A DNA stretch of 64,000 bases from Schmidtea polychroa (GCA_044892525.1 CM097887.1:65224001-65288000); one strand, 5' to 3'. Counted from the stretch's first letter, positions 14,065-28,460 are shown. The notes: generated from the sequence alone by a model not told the origin. A program made the numbers and translations.

Positions 14065-14262
14065 CCCTTAAACCACTGAAATAAAATTACGAGGACAAAC
14101 CAAACTCAACTAAACTGACCGTTACAAGCAAACCATGTGTTTGATCGTGTTCAAACCTGTAAGTTGTGGTGTGTTTACTGTTTGGAACGCGAAAATGTTT
14201 TGATTTGAATTGAATGGGGTTTTTATGATGACCGACTGTAGACGGTAATAGTGGTTAAAGGG
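14065..14262. mobile_element. piggyBac-type MITE (copy 1)
   Basis: TTAA flanks on both sides; TIR CCCTTAAACCACT / AGTGGTTAAAGGG; homologous inverted copy at 29289-29509. Confidence 0.9.
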
Positions 14263-14970
14263 TTAAAATAAATCTTGTACCATTATAAATTGATATATAT
14301 ATATATATATATATATTCACAGGCATTATATTTGCTATTAGCATTCGAGTTCAATGCTTAGAACTCAGCTATTTTTCATAACATTAATTAAAGATATTGT
14401 TTCTTTTCATGACAAATTGTATAATTTATGCCAGTAAATGAAAAAAGTTAATATTTAATTACACAATATGATTACCGTCCGAAGTCATAATTAAGCTTTT
14501 TATGAATAAACGCGTGTTGACTGTTTATTTTTGCCATAAAGCTAAAGCTCTGTAAAACATTTTTGTATATTTTGATTAAAAAAGTGGATAATAATTATTA
14601 TAATCACCAAAGAATCATCTCATCAATGACAATTTCTACTGTTACCCATAATACATATCACTGCATGCTCTATTATTATTTATACGTCTATTGTCATATT
14701 AATTATTATAATATTCTCGCATAGAATAAAAGTCAATTTGTTGAAGTATTTCTACAATATGACCAAAAGTCTTTACATCCTAGGGTGGATGTTATAAATA
14801 TTTACAAATCCTGCAAAATTCAAACTCTTACAAATATGCAAGTAATGTCATATAAATTATTTAAATTAAAATTTAAAATGATAATTGATTAAAATATTAG
14901 ACGTTTACAAGTCTGCTCTTCAGACAATTAATTTATTAATTAATGTTACATTGATTTAAAATTTAATTAA

Positions 14971-17900
14971 ATGAATGAAACCATTTTGAATATGTATCGT
15001 GTCAATGGCTTGTGTCCAATGAGTCTGAACGGAGGCGGCAACATCAAATCGGAATTGACAGCTACCAATCCCAGCTTTCAGAAATCCGAACATGGTAAGT
15101 TATAAAGTAATAAAGTTTAGTAAAAATTTAAAAATAAATTATATGAAACGGTTTTCAATAGTCATTATTTTAGACATGACAACAGCAACGAAAATTACTA
15201 ACATGAATCAGGTATTGTTGAATTAAATTTTGGCAAATAATAGGGTTTTTTTGTTTTAAAAAAGAGTGATCGAGTGACTATGAAAATAGATGTCTCATAT
15301 ACCGATCATAGCCATGTTATAGGAAAAGGCGGACAAAGTATTAAAGCCATAATGACAGATACCCAATGCCATATTCATTTTCCAGATTCAAATCGTACGA
15401 ACACAATTGAAAAGAGTAATCAAGTCTCTATTTCTGGAATGTCTTATGGTGTTGAAATAGCTAGACAAAAAATACGAGTAATTTAATTTGGACATAATAT
15501 TTACCCGATCATTTTCTTTCCAGGCGATATTACCTTTAATATATTCTTTTGACATACCATTTACTCCATTTAACGTTATTGAACAGCAAGATCGCTTACT
15601 AATGGCTCAGCTGCAGCGGCTTTTGGAAGTAACAATATCATACAAACCAATTGGGAAATTATTAAGCGGTACAACTATATTTGTTAAAGGTATTGTGCAA
15701 AGGGCCAGACAAACTATTAAAGCCGTAAACTTAATATTAAATCATCATTTTGGACAGAATATTGTAATTGTCAATATTTAATATCATTATATTACTAACT
15801 ATTTGTAAGGAACAAGTTCCTGTAATGATGACCATTGAAATTGATCCGAAACATCATTCATTTCTATTAAATCAAGGCGGGCAAAATAGCTTAGTAAACG
15901 AAATTTTTCAGTTAACAAGAGCTACAATAAATTTCCCCGACAATACTTTTTCTTCAGCCCATGCTGTTTTAGCTGCAAACAATCCGATGGGAATATCAGG
16001 TTTATTCAAAAAATCCACTGTAAATATTCTTGGAACTGCTGAAAATACATTCGAAGCCAGGCAGCAACTAATTGTAAGATAAAAACTGTCAAATTATGAG
16101 ATGGTTTTTAAATATTTCCATGTCTTTGGAAAATAAAAAGCCTTTCTCATACTGGATTATTTTTTTATATTGTTTAAATTTGTATTTTTCTAGGGTCGTT
16201 TACCAGTGATCTTGATGTATGATATTACCATTGAAGAAGGGGTTAATTTGGAAATGTTTAATTTAAATTTTATTAATGAAAGATACGATGTTGCAATTAG
16301 TATAAAATTAAAGTTGAAACAATGCACGAAGGTTATTGTTGTATATTTTAATATAATTATATTTATATTTTTAAATAATATCTATATATAAATTTCGTTT
16401 ATTAGCCCGTTCTTGTAATATTAAGTGTCAATTTTTAATTTAAATTTTACAGTGTTAATTTATGTCATTTATTTGTTGACTATATTACATATTCAAACTT
16501 TTATCAAAATTTATATTCACCACTTAATGTACAATGTACACATTTATTATTATAAGAACTTTTATTTCTCTCAATTTCACCACTAATTATTTTTTCCATT
16601 GAATTTATTAAAAAGTTTGAAGGGTATAAGTATACAATAGGGGGGCCNNNNNNNNNNNNNNNNNNNNNNNNNNNNNNNNNNNNNNNNNNNNNNNNNNNNN
16701 NNNNNNNNNNNNNNNNNNNNNNNNNNNNNNNNNNNNNNNNNNNNNNNNNNNNNNNNNNNNNNNNNNNNNNNNNNNNNNNNNNNNNNNNNNNNATATCCTT
16801 ATTTAAAAGATGTTTTAATTAATCTTTAACGTATATATATATATATATATATATATAAATATGAGGCCATGAATTTAAAGCAAATATATGAACTTTCAAG
16901 AGACACACTGTCTTTGATAAGACATTGCCAAAGTGTAGGTTTGTTACGAGCCGATCCAACCTGCGCGACCTATACTGGTGGTCCCCGACGAAACCCAAAT
17001 GCATCTACACCTTTAGCTAGACTGGGACCGTATGTACACCAGTGGGTCCCCTAACCGGCGTTAACACCAATGGAATAGAAGGTTCGTGGGCCTTATGTAA
17101 AAGGAAATTTAAGTATATGTTTGGGACTAGATGTAGCTTCATTCCTTCGTACTTAGATGAATTCATGTGGAGAAGAAGATTTTGTCGAAATGAGCGTGCG
17201 TTTGATGTATTAATCAATCAAATACGTGAAAAATATGATTTTGGTGGTGTTTTAATTACTTTAACTATGTTTTAATTACTTTAATATATTTAAATATTTA
17301 TATCTATATATCTTTATTTATAAAAAAGTGGCCCCCCTATTGTATACTTATACCGTTTGAAGACTATAAATCAGTAATATATCGATGTTTGTTGATACTC
17401 ACGAATTTTCGGCACTGCCTTTTTCAAGTGAATTTTCACTTGAAAAAAAATTCACTTGAAAAAGGCAGTGCCGAAAATTCGTGAGTATCAACCAAGCATC
17501 GATATATCACTGATTTATATCAAACTCTCTTTAATAAATGTACACATTTATTTTGAATTTTTGGTTAAAAAACAGGGAATCTTTGCTTGTTATTATATTC
17601 AGTAATCTTTAATAAATATTATTTCCATCCATCCCAAAGAAAATTCACACACACACAATGTTTGAGAAATGTTTATCCATAAATGACTTAGATTTATGGA
17701 TATCATCTATTTCTTTTTATTTTTGTAATTCCAATTCAGAATAAAATACATCAAGTTTCATTATATAATTTAAATATAAAGACAAAATCAATTTATTTTA
17801 AACTATATCAAAATATATTATTTTTCATTTTCTTTTTTTAACAAATTAAATAGAAAAAGTGTTTACAAATATTATAACTCGTCCACGTCTTAAATGAGCA

Positions 17901-18972
17901 TGTAAAACCACGTAAGTAAATAATGTTCACCTGTCTATGTCATAGCCACGTACGTTAAGTGGTTATTTATTTATTTACATTAAAATAAAACCTTAATAAA
18001 TTTTAAGCTCATACTAAAAAATGTAAATCTGATTATTTATTGTTAGAGATTAAAGAAATTATTGTATGCATTATTATAAGTACTATTTGAAGGTTTTTAA
18101 AATGAACTTATTTTCATATCTAACTTTACCGAAAAATTTATTCATTGGGAGGTCATTAATAAATTGATAATAAGGCTTAATAATTTATATTAGAAACAAT
18201 TCCAAATAAGTATTATTTCTGGTACTTCCGTGTTATCTTACCCACAAAAATTAAATTATAAAACACAATTAAAATAACAATATAAAAAATGAGAGAATAC
18301 ATTATTGATGACGTTATTGAACATTATTGAACATGAATTTATTAAGGCTATCTGTGATTTATGTGATTATGTGATTTATGTGAGTTTATGTGGCGCAAAC
18401 GTGTTCTAAGCAACAATTAAAATAACAATATAAAAAATGAGAGAATGCATTATTGATGATGTTATTGAACATTATTGAACATGAATTTATTAAGACTACC
18501 TGTGATTTATGTGATTATGTGAGTTTATGTGGCGCAAACGTGTTCTAAGCAACAGTGCCGATGTGTTCGACACTATTCTCAACGACATTGTGGTTTTCTG
18601 GCCACCTGGATGACAATTTACAAACTCTTTACAAACATTTGCTGAGTTTGTAACTGATTTAGAAAATAAATATAATAATTATGTGTTCTTTTTTAATTAA
18701 ATTTTTGGGGGTAAGATAACACGGAAGTACCTTATTTCTTATCACAAATTTCAAATGTTTGGAAGGCAATCATAAATCTGTTGATTCTCTCATGTTTAAA
18801 ATTAGTAATATTTCGTCTGAGTTTTGGATGGATTATAGGTAGATTTATTGGATCAAGGTCAAAATCCCCCCCCGGCGGGGGGATTTTGACCTTGTTTAAA
18901 TAAATATTATTAATATTAAATAAATAACAATTAAATAATAAATGAATAATAAATTAATAAAACTATAATAAA

Positions 18973-19021
<49 letters not shown>

Positions 19022-22000
19022 TTATATATAGTATGGTTTATCCGAAAAAGGAATTTGACCCCCCCCCCAAGGGTACTGCTAAGGTATACTGTACACGTAC
19101 ATTTTATGAATATATATTTTTTTAACTATTTTTTATGTTTTTTTATTTTTTTTGTATATTTTATTAATATTTTTACGGGGGGGATTTTGAACTTGTTCAC
19201 AAACCGGGGGGGGATTTTGACCTTGATCCGAATTATTTAACCCTTAGTGCTAACCTATGAAATTATTAGTTTTAAGATCAGGATTGATATTAGATAATGA
19301 GTACATTCTTTCACCAGTTTTCAGAGGTTATCCTATAAATTTCTTTTATATCATTATAAAATCTTTTAATTTTGAATATTTTATTAATAAAGTAATTTTT
19401 ACACTTTTTGACTATAATAATGTTCGTTCTATTAACACAAATTTTGGGACTGCCTTATTTTCCTCGTGTCATTGATTAATTAGATAAGACTTGAAAAAGA
19501 CTGCTGAAAATTAGTGTTATTATTATTATTAATATATTATTTTCCCACAAACATTCTATGCAGTAATAAAAAAACAAAAAAGATTAATATTTAATCTTGC
19601 CGATATCATTTTAAAATAGTTTTGTTTGTTTTCAGTCAGTTATTATAAGAACCACTGAACAAAATGTAAATGCTTTATTTGAAGTAAAAAATATTTTAAA
19701 TAAATTGCGAACTCAATATAAACCAACCATTCAAGCTGGTGTCAAACCTCCGATTCAGTCATGGATGAATAAAGTATTTAACAATTTAACAAATTTATCT
19801 AGTGAAAAATCAAGTGGGATTAGTTTTGTAGACCCTGGTAAGATCTAAAATAATAATAATAATAATAATACTCCTTCAGCTCCAGCTTTTTCGCCTGTGA
19901 AACAAGAGAAATGTGACGATTCCGAGAAACAGAAATCAGCAAACTATGTACTCCTAAACGAAAATGAACCACTATTGACAGATTTTAAGTCTATTACTGC
20001 AATTCAAGGCAACATTCAAATGCACATTGACAATGGAATTGCTATTGGAAAACAAATGAATACGGCCAAAATTTCTTCCTTGTTGTCAGCTTCAAGAATT
20101 CACAATAGTAAGTGTAATTTAGACTCAAAATTTAAAAGGATATTTTCAAATGCTATACGACAAGTATCTACATCAAGCTTGTTTTAACATAAATTGTTCC
20201 GCTGGCCGCACCTAATAAAGTTTAATAATTGTTCAAAAATTGACAAAACATTCATTTTTTAAAGACATTCAAAATAATAATTTTTTATGGCTATCTGTAT
20301 CAAATGTCGATATAAAGTCATACAACTTGTGACCTTTACTAAGTTGGCAGTTCTTTCAACAAGTTAAATTGTATAACGACCGACTTATTATTAAATTTCT
20401 TTGGATGATTTAATTATTTACCAACGCAAATAGCTAAATACTTTTTAATAATTTAGATCATTTACTCATAAATCAACAAACTAATAGTAATAGAGAAATT
20501 GCAAACTGCCCTGCTTTATGCAATGGGGAGTCTACTGCAGTTTCAACGGCCGAGTATGTTCAATTGCGTCAAAATAATTCAATTGAAACCGTTTCAAACA
20601 ATAACATCAATAACTTGGAAAAAGAAATTGTCAACCTAAATATATCAGACTGGCGAGCTCCTGGAGCGGAATATTCTGCAAAACAGAGAGAGTTGAAAAG
20701 GTTTTTGTGCAATTCACCGACCAATTTAATGTCAGATGGATACAAACAAAATGCAGGAGGAAATTTTATGCCGTTAGTTTTTATAAATTTGTTTTAAACA
20801 ACCTATTACTCCGTTGTCTTTAAACGCAAATTTTAAAACAAAACACATTTTTTGAGTGTCTCTAATATTTAGAGATTCTTAACCATTTAGGGGTGGCGGA
20901 GCACATTTGATTTTATAAATTTTCCCGGTGCATCAGAACTAATATATAAATTCCAGTAATTATATTGTTTATATAAAACAATAAAATGATAATTTAAGCC
21001 TTTTCCTGCAAATAATGTATTTAATGAAAAAATTTTCGACTAAGATAGTCCTTGCCAATAATTGAATACTCAAAATATTGAAGTTTTCTTTTGCAGATTG
21101 TTTTAATTATATACATTGTGATTATTTGAAAGTTATTATTATTAAAGGAAATTTAATTAATCTTAATACATTCAATAAGATAAAAGTTGGAAAATTCCAA
21201 TTTTTAAAACATCTTTAACACTAGATTTATGGACTGAGCCAAATTGACTCATTTAAAATTCTATTGCTACATATATGTGATATTAATGTGATATTAATAC
21301 TGATTTATTATTTTTTGAATACATGTTAGTTTTTAGATACATCATGAAATATAGGTAAATATTAATTACTCTACCGACTCCCTCATTTCGCATATCGAAT
21401 TAGGTATACCTATGTTTACGGCTATTTTTACCCTTAAATCTAGTGTTAAAGTAATTATATAAAACTGAAAAATAATCAATGATGACTCATCATTGATGAG
21501 TATAAAATATTATGATTTATATACACTATTCTCATTTTTTTATCAATATAAATGTCATATTCACGAAACATCACTCAAAACTTGTGTCCATTTGTTATTA
21601 TGATGATGCAGATATACCGGATATATTTGGTACTGACTGTATGTTATTAATAATGTCTATGTATATGCAGCAAGCTGTGTACTTTTTTCTACATATAGCA
21701 GATTGAATTTGTAAATGGTGTAAATTTTCTCGAGATACTACACTTTTTTTGATTTTAACCTACTCAATTAATCTAAACTGACCATAAAAATTAACGAATT
21801 AATTAATAAAAACAATTTATACAAATGTGCAAATATTTCATATTTTAAAAATTATATTTTAGAATTCATGATTCAAACGAAATACATGACAATGTGAAAT
21901 ATATTAAAAATGGATATGATAACGTGGAAAAAGGTACTGGAGAATGCATGAAACTTTATGTTAAATTATGACTGAGTTTAGTAACTAAAATTCTTAATGA

Positions 22001-22358
22001 TGAAAATATCTACAAGCAATCAACCTACGAAAATATACTTCATAAAATATCATTGGATATAGACGGAAATTCGGGGAATAATAAATTCGATTTTCTTAAT
22101 TTCAACAGCAAAACAGATTGGGCCAAAAACAGTTCTGAAAATGTTGTGAAGGTTCTAACAAGTCTTGATTTGAGTAGATTTACCGATTGTTTCATTAAAA
22201 ATGAAGTATTGTATATTTGAGTTTTAATTATATTAATGTGATTCTAGGTAGACTTTAACACATTTTGCAGTCTCACTGAAGAAGACCTAAAGGAACTTGG
22301 AGTTAACACTTTTGGGGCTCGAAGGAAGCTAATATTGGCCATAAATGGTTTGAAATAG
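14971..22358 (+). CDS. BICC1: Bicaudal-C homolog (KH domains plus C-terminal SAM), multi-exon
   Basis: KH1 reads RVTMKIDVSYTDHSHVIGKGG...CHIHFPDSNR...EKSNQVSISG. Further KH/KH-like exons lie at 15524-16340 and 19636 onward. The SAM domain is VLTSLDLSRFTDCFIKNE-VDFNTFCSLTEEDLKELGVNTFGARRKLILAI, with stop TAG at 22356-22358. The start codon and middle exon boundaries are less certain. Confidence 0.92.
16623..17354 (+). mobile_element. Internally deleted Merlin (IS1016-like) DNA transposon, in BicC intron
   Basis: TIR GGTATAAGTATACAATAGGGGGGCC; perfect 8-bp TSD GTTTGAAG. The transposase N-terminus (MNLKQIYEL...LLRADPTC) is joined to its C-terminus (TGVNTNGIEGSWALCKRKFK...PSYLDEFMWRRR). The element spans an N-gap. 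Confidence 0.88.
16648..16792. other. Assembly gap (N run)
   Basis: Run of N. Confidence 0.99.
17365..17519. repeat. Fold-back (near-perfect palindromic) MITE-like element
   Basis: TATAAATCAGTAATATATCGATG...CACGAATTTTCGGCACTGCCTTTTTCAAGTG is mirrored by CACTTGAAAAAGGCAGTGCCGAAAATTCGTG...CATCGATATATCACTGATTTATA. Confidence 0.85.
18221..18731 (+). mobile_element. Merlin-family non-autonomous element (second family, copy 1)
   Basis: TIR GGTACTTCCGTGTTATCTTACCC; perfect 8-bp TSD TTATTTCT; residual transposase end EFMWRKRVLSNSADVFDTILNDIVVFWPPG*; internal tandem duplication of ~140 bp. Confidence 0.88.
18850..19229. mobile_element. MITE with GGATCAAGGTCAAAATCCCCCC termini (superfamily uncertain)
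   Basis: Terminal inverted repeats with internal iterations; flanks GATTTATT/GAATTATT (8-bp TSD, 1 mismatch); contains a (TTA)n tract. Confidence 0.7.
21219..21445. mobile_element. TTAA-flanked MITE (piggyBac-like)
   Basis: TTAA-CACTAGATTTA ... TAAATCTAGTG-TTAA. Confidence 0.75.
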
Positions 22359-25300
22359 ATTTCATTTTCAAAATAGTAAACACATATTTGCAAATGAAAA
22401 ATCAAGAAACCTTTTATCACAAAGTTTAAAAATAAATGATAATTGCAAAATAGACATCATATACTAATTTCTATTTTTGGTTTTTACAATTTGTTGAAAA
22501 TATTAGATTACAATTTATCATGAATGGACAGCACAAAACCTTACAGTTTTTCTCAATTGTTTTATTCTTATTGCACATTTTCTGAAGAAAAATATTTTCG
22601 CGTCACAACTACAAATATTGAAAGTTTATGAGTCGGTATTTAAAATACATTTTCTTAAATATTTTATCGAAGTCAACTTAACTGACAATATTTGTAAATA
22701 AAAGAAACCTGATCTGTTAATTTGCGTTCCAAAAAGGATTTCATTAAAATGTTTATCGCACATTTTTTGCTTAGTAAAAAAAGGCCATAAATGTCGAACG
22801 CAAAATAAATGTATATGCTACATTTTTATTGAAAATTTGTAACAAAATGACAAAAAACGTGCTTTCAAAGGTATACTAGATGAAATTACTAGTTTTACAT
22901 TATGAATTGAATGTTTACTCGCCACCAATAAAGGCGCGGCAAAAACATTGCGGGCAATTTATATTGAATCGTGAATTAATTATTTATAGCTAGATTCTAA
23001 AAAAGGCATATAATAAATTAAAAAATATATGGATTAGGTGGAGATATTTTCTTTATTACCTGCCCTTTTATTGTTCGCGACTTTGTTGCGGTAAACCGTT
23101 AAATATTATTGAGCAGTATAAACACTTGATTTAATAATATATTGTTCCATCAAGAATGTGTTTATTAAGAACTATTTTCCAAAATTTTCGGAACACTTTG
23201 GGCATTTTTGAAAGCATAATACAATTTGAGAAACACTAACTTTGGCCCTATAAATTTATTAGCTTATATGAGTACTTATATCTTACAACATTTTCAAATT
23301 AAAAGTGTTATAGGCAAACAATGTAACTTTTTTATGATTTAAAAACGGTCTGGAAATTCACCAAATACCAAAAGAAAACTTAAAGGTGTGTGTCCTTGCA
23401 ACAAGTAGTGTATATACCTTTCTGCTTATAGCATATTGAATTTGGAAATGGAGTATGTATTGGTTGTAATTTGGCACTCAGGTGAAGTGGGCTTCATGCG
23501 TACGTCACGCTTATTTAATAATATATTATAAGATAACGAGATGACACATTTTAGCATTTGATCTAATAAAAACAACCTCGAATTAAAAAATTATTGTCTC
23601 TTTAAAAGTTAACATGGGATTTAAGTGACTAGATATAAAGTTCTGGCTGTCAATATGCTTCAGGCGTTTCTCAAATCACGGTTTCTTGATGCTGACTTTT
23701 CTGATGTTTTATTAATTGTCCTAGAAAATCAATCGTTTAAAAATGGAGGATCATGTTATTGAAATTCATGTTGTTCAGATTTGACCATGAATTTCTTTCG
23801 ATAGTTTTTCAAAAAAAGTTTCCCTTAATTGATAATTTACTTGACAGTTGAATTTCGCTGTATTTTATGTCTTCCTAAGTTTTATTCAGTTTGGCCGTAG
23901 TTACTTTGAATTAGTTCCCTTCTCTTATCGTATTCACAAACCATAATATTTAATTTTCAAATTTCCTATTTGTGTTTATGTAATCTTTTTCTGAATTTCT
24001 TGTTCTTACTGCTTCTTAATATATAAGTCTCTGTGTCTAATATATATTTCTGTAATAATCAGTTAACAAGTTACAATCTTCCGTCTTCTCAATATTTCTA
24101 ATTATTATTTCGTCTTTATATTTTAGCAAAAATTTTCTTCCTTCTATTTTCTTTATTGTGTACGATCAAAAATAGTGTTTAAATATTTGAACATTACAGC
24201 CAAATTCTTCCTTTTTTCGGTAAACTTTGATCGGTATTTAATATTTCATTTATTTTCACTTTCGCAATAAAAAATATTTATTATGTTCAAAACAAGTGTC
24301 TTAAAAATATAAGTAAATATTTTTTACTAACATGCATTAATGTTAAGCAACAAAATATCTTAATTTGGAGGTTTTGATAGAAAAAAGTACTTAAAAAGCA
24401 TCTATTAATTTTCAATACACTAAAATCTTTTTTTACACAAATTTGAAATAAATTTTAAATTTTTTTACACGTTATTTTTGATTTAACATGAATTCCAAAA
24501 AAATTTTTTAAATTATTTACATGATTTTCTGCAAAATAAGACCATGTAAAAAAAGATTTTACTGTACTCCTTTATCACAATCTCCATTTAACGTTGTTTT
24601 GTTATAGACCATTTTTAAATAGTATTTTTATTATTAAAAACGATTCTAAAAATTAGGAAATAACAATGGAGATCAAAGAGGGATATTGAGTTTCGATTTT
24701 GTGTATTCATGCTGATTTTAATCAGTTTTATATTGCACAATTCTTTAATGTCTAAAAACAGTTTTAATACAAAATTCATGCTTTCAAACTAAAATATCAA
24801 TTAAAAGTAATAATAGATTTCAGCTAAATTTTAATAGAAAATACAAAATGAAGAGGAAATAAATTACTCAAAATATTTTAGACAGCAACTTAAATAATTT
24901 AAGAATTTCATTTTATTAAATTTATTTTTGTTTTAATTGAAATAATTTTTTATAAAATTTCATTTAATAATTTATTAATAATTAACGTTTTTAAAAGAAG
25001 ATTTTTTAAACAAAATTTATTTTTTTAGATATTACTTCCAACAATAAAATAATATGATAAATTTGAGTAAATTTTTTTTCTATTTTGAGAAATTATGGCG
25101 TTGGAAACTTAAGATAAAATGGTTAATTTAATTAAAATTTTTATTGTATTAATATTATTATTGTTGGTTATTTTGTAAATGAAAGAAAATTGGATATTAC
25201 TTAAATGTATTTTATATTTGAACGTATTGTTTTATATATGGATCAGTTTAATTATTAGTTGTATATCTGTATGAACGTATATAAATTTTAATATGATATT

Positions 25301-26458
25301 TGGTTGTTAGAATGGATTTAACGTAGCATCTATTCTTATTGGTTTTTATTATAATATTTTAATGTATATAATAATGAAATAATGTTAATGTTATTATGGA
25401 AATGGTTTATGTTAATGTTTTTTTTGAATTGATAACAAATATTATACGATTAACATTACAATTGTATTATTCCTGATATGTTTATGTTTTATATATTTTT
25501 ATTTCGTAATAGTAATATATATATATATGTTTGTAACTTTAGTTGATGATACAGTAATGTTGGATAGGGCATCTGATATTTTTGTTTTCTTATGAAGTTT
25601 AGACAAACTTGGTTTTGTATTGTTATTATAATTATTAAATATATATTTTGTTAAAGACGATTTAACTTGAATTATTTAAATATAACTATAGATAAATGTA
25701 CTAAGACGGTCAAGATGGGTCAAGCAATAATTATTATAATAATTTTAATAATTATAATTATAAAAATAATAAAATGCTTATTGTGTATTAGAATAAATAT
25801 TACAATTATTCCTAATGTCTTTTATTAAATATTTTGTGTTATAAAAAAAATTTAATATTCAAAGTATTTATATGCCACTAAAGGTTAAAAGTAACTTTCT
25901 GTCATATCTTTTGTTTCATCTTCTTGGCTTTAGTAATAGTTTTGTTGAATCTAAATCAGAAATGGAAATTATTATGAAGCAATTGAAATACAATAAAATT
26001 ACGAAAGATTTAACTGATAAATAGTGTTTCGTGGTAGGATAAAATAACGTATGTAAAAAAGTGATAAACACCTATTGGTGGCATTTTGTGATAGAAGCAT
26101 CGCTGGTGTAGCTTCTAGACTAAATGAGATAAACAAAATTTTATAAAATCAATTATTACAGTAAGCAAAAGGTAATACTTGATTTTTTCTTTAATTTTTA
26201 ATAAAACACAAGCTTTTCCTCAACTGAATGAAAATGTTGCTGTGCGGACAATACACATATCAAAAGGGATTCTTAATATAGGGCGTTCATCTTTAGAGAT
26301 GCAAGTTAAAATGAATATATTAAAAATAGTGAAAGAATATCCATATAGAGAAGTAACAGTTACATTTTCTTTAGTTTTTGATGAATTTGGTCGTACTTTT
26401 AATGGTAGTTGAATTTTTTATAGATTATTCATTGTCTAAAAATATTAAATTCTTATTA

Positions 26459-27041
26459 CAGGGTTTCCATGATAAAAAAAACTATTTTCTAAAATAAAAA
26501 AACTATATTATAAAATAAAAAAACTTTTATAAAATATAAATACTATTATATATAGATTTAATATATTTAATTCCATCTATAAACTGCAACAATTAAAACT
26601 AACTTTTCAAAGTTTTTGTGTAAACACCAATATATGAATTTTCAAAATTTAGTAAATTAAATTAAATATTTTTATCAAAAATTAAAATAAGTTTAATCAT
26701 AAAATATCCTTTATAATTCGTTCCAATAATAACTGCGGGTTTTTAAATATATAAATTGATAATTATTTTTTTGGATTTTATTAACCACAAAAAAACAATA
26801 ACACTATTTTATAGAATCTCTTTTTTATTTATTTATATAAACAATATATTTTTAATATCAAAAAATTAAAAAACGTATTGTTAATTTGTTATGTAACCTC
26901 AACTTGTACGATAAAAAGCATTTATTGATATGAATATTTATTTTTTTATATCAATTATATTATAATCCATGTTTTTCCAATTTAGTTTTTTAAAATAGTT
27001 TTTTTATTTTACAATATAGTTTTTTTATCATGGAAACCCTG
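26459..27041. mobile_element. TA-flanked MITE (Tc1/mariner-like)
   Basis: TIR CAGGGTTTCCATGATAAAAAAAACTA at both ends, flanked by TA. Confidence 0.8.
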
Positions 27042-27218
27042 TAACAATGTGATTGTTTGTGCTAGTAGAAATGGGAAATGACATTTATTTATTGCTTTGC
27101 TTAAACTTGTCGTGGATCTCCATTCTTACCGAAAATTTCAAGAACTGACAGAATTTCTTTTTCTCACTGGACACAATAATTAAAATATTTAAATAATCTT
27201 GATATCACAACCAATGTC

Positions 27219-27415
27219 AGAGGAAGAGGAAAGAAACGAAAGGATACTGTTTCTATATTTTGGAATATTATGATTTCTGTGAAGATCAACTTATTTCAGT
27301 TTCAAAGTTAGCCACAAAAATTCAAGATCACGGCATCATAACAACATCATAAACAATCAGCAACCGCATTAAAGAACAAGGATACAAAGTAAGTGTAGTT
27401 CTAAAAAGTCCTTAA
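27219..27415 (+). mobile_element. Tc1-like transposase N-terminal (HTH) fossil
   Basis: RGRGKKRKDT...VSKLATKIQDHGIITTS*TISNRIKEQGYK resembles the Tc1 GRPRKT...VS..TI.RRL.E.G motif. Confidence 0.5.
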
Positions 27416-27589
27416 CAAGCAAGTTACAGGAATTCGGAAAGAATTTGAGAAAATGCTGATTTTAAAGGATATTTTATGACTTTATCATACAACAGGATTG
27501 TAAAATGTATTTAAAATATTATTACATATTCGTATGTTTGTGGTATGTTGAAATTGTATAATTAAATTGTTCAGAATTTTATTTATATT

Positions 27590-28460
27590 TAGTTAAAGGC
27601 TCCGATCACTTCTCCAGATGTCAGAGTAAAAACGTTAGGGTCATCTCCTTCTGTAGATTGCTCGTATTCCTCTCCAAAAGCAGCAATATATCCGGAACTC
27701 CGGAACCTCTGTAGATAACCTTCACAATACTGGTGTTTAAAATGTCCATTTTTTTGACAGTGATTGCATTGAACATTTGAACATTTTGATAGTAGGTGAC
27801 CCACTTCTCTGCTAGCCCAGCATCTCCTCGAACGAGTATCAGTATTTGAATATGAATTCCTTCTATCCTAATTATTAGAATTTCTTGAAATCTACTGTCG
27901 CTTTTCTCTAAACTGTTCATTTGTTTGTTGTCGATTTGGGGATCTTTGTGATTCATATTCTGGTGGTCTAGCATAAAAGTGTTGTTCACTTGTTCCATTC
28001 ATCTGATGTTGCTCTGGGCTTCTTTGATTTTATATTTGATCTTCATTTAACATTGCAGATTTTACATAATTTTTCTGCACATGCTGAATTGCAGCAATAA
28101 TTTCTTTTTTTATTTCTTCGAAGGTTTTCAGCGCCTATAACTTGAAATCTTTCTTTGTTTCATTTTCACTCAATGGCATTTTGAATTAAAAATATTTTCG
28201 GACAACTTTTTGTCAGGTTGAGTTGAATTTTAACTCACTTTTCAATTTTCATTAAAAATTCCATAATTGAATCATCTCTTCGATAAAAAAGCGACATTGA
28301 GATCAGTTGCCAAATTTGATGTTTTTATAAAAGTATTTTGGATTCTCAATTTGTAGTGCAATTCAGAATCTGCTTTGTCAAATTTCCGAGTTGATTTCAT
28401 GGATAAAAACGCTTTGATAAAAAGTCCTATGTGATCTTCGGATGTTTGGGTAAGTTCAAA
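27590..28460 (-). mobile_element. Decayed retrotransposon gag remnant with two CCHC knuckles
   Basis: Broken knuckle CWA...EVGHLLSKC is followed by CNHCQKNGHFKHQYC; upstream frameshifted capsid-like segments are present. Confidence 0.6.

Noticed and set aside
26050-26110. TYWWHFV peptide resembling cox3 WYWHFV
   Set aside because: The match is too short, has no flanking cox3 similarity and is followed by a nearby stop.
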